A DNA stretch of 64,000 bases, from contig NC_087437.1 in the NCBI RefSeq assembly GCF_036321535.1, positions 70,310,001 through 70,374,000 on the forward strand. The letters are read 5' to 3'. A model generated the notes under the pieces. It ran no database searches and was not told where the DNA came from. It saw nothing but the letters and a program-made list of their open reading frames with translations. The stretch is from Camelus dromedarius. Taxonomy: Eukaryota. Positions 63,201 to 64,000 of this stretch are shown one piece after another. The translations under genes were made by a program, and so were the position numbers. Position 1 is the stretch's first letter; each line of letters opens with the position of its first letter.

Positions 63201-63662
63201 TAACTGTAAATTTAGTTTGTTCTTCTTTTTCTAGTTCCTTAAGTTTTAAAGTTAGCTTGTTAATTTGAGATCTTTCTTGTGTTACAATGTAAGCATTTAT
63301 AGCTATAAACTCCCCTCAGCTTTTGGTATGTTATATTTTCATTTTCTTTCTTCTCTAAGTATTTTCTAGTGTCCTTGTGATTTCCTTCATTTTTTCTTTT
63401 TTTTTTTTTTTGATCCATTGGTTGTTTAAGAATATGTTGTTTAATTTAAACAAATTTGTGAATTTCCAAGTTTTCCTTCTGTTATTGATTTCTAATTTTA
63501 TTCTGTTATGTTCAGAGAAGGTACTTTGTATGATATCTATCTTTTAAAATCTACTGAGACTGAATTTGTGGGCTAACATATAGTCCATCCTGAAAAATAT
63601 CCCATGTTACTTGAGAAGAATATATATTCTGTTGTGGCTGAGTAGAATATTGTGTATTTGTC
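60252..63662 (-). mobile_element. Older 5'-truncated LINE-1 (L1MB-like)
   Basis: 3'UTR ttttattgtggtgaaa...caccatcttaaccatt, then degenerate ORF2 (ORF 62442-62717 LIPKLD...[12 protein letters not shown]). Confidence 0.92.
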
Positions 63663-64000
63663 TTCTACCCCATAACTGTCTTGGTATTACTAATAACAAG
63701 TGATTTTTATAGTTTCCTATACATCAAACATCCCCTTTTCTACCCCCAGCAAACACTAAAATATTTATGCAATCTGTTCTTTTTATAGTCACTGTATAAC
63801 ATATCTCATCTGTTTCTTCCTCCTCTCCATATCTCCTGCATCTATATACTTTCCTATTCCTTTACTTAGGTTCAAAAACACGTAGTTTTCTTTAAACATC
63901 TATAAAGTGATCCCTTCATAATATCCAATGATATTACACATTCAACTGATAACTTATTGTGTGCTTATCATCAAGGCCATTTTATCTGGACCTTATTACA

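Noticed and set aside
1..64000. Novel reverse-transcriptase, defence or CRISPR system
   Set aside because: All RT sequence is ordinary LINE-1/CR1. There is no operon structure, spacer array, tRNA or rRNA.

Overview
AT-rich, CpG-depleted mammalian (eutherian) genomic DNA, not prokaryotic. The young LINE-1 3' ends look cetartiodactyl and most like camelid L1. I saw no ruminant Bov-A/BovB, pig PRE-1, cetacean CHR-2 or primate Alu SINEs, so camelid origin is an inference. I recognise no constitutive host coding exon, RNA gene or CRISPR array. The long ORFs in the track are LINE-1 ORF1/ORF2 pieces, and the rest are DNA-transposon fossils or chance frames. The window is dominated by retroelements: one full-length, TSD-flanked but inactivated L1 (43857-50950, minus), several older L1s with inversions or deletions, a HAL1, many MIR/L2/CR1 fragments, and Tigger, pogo/Tc2 and hAT fossils. 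Nearly all large L1s lie on the minus strand, which suggests a large intron of an unidentified plus-strand gene. The best leads are: an antisense GC-box/YY1/Kozak-ATG unit in the L1 5'UTR resembling primate ORF0; a TATA/Inr promoter with a first exon at about 11.1 kb; candidate micro-, terminal and poison exons; a long hairpin with C/D-box geometry at 36.4 kb; an ORF2-deleted L1; and a sense-antisense-sense rearranged L1. None is established from sequence alone, and I cannot claim a new biological system. Repeat subfamily names and boundaries of old repeats are by eye and approximate.
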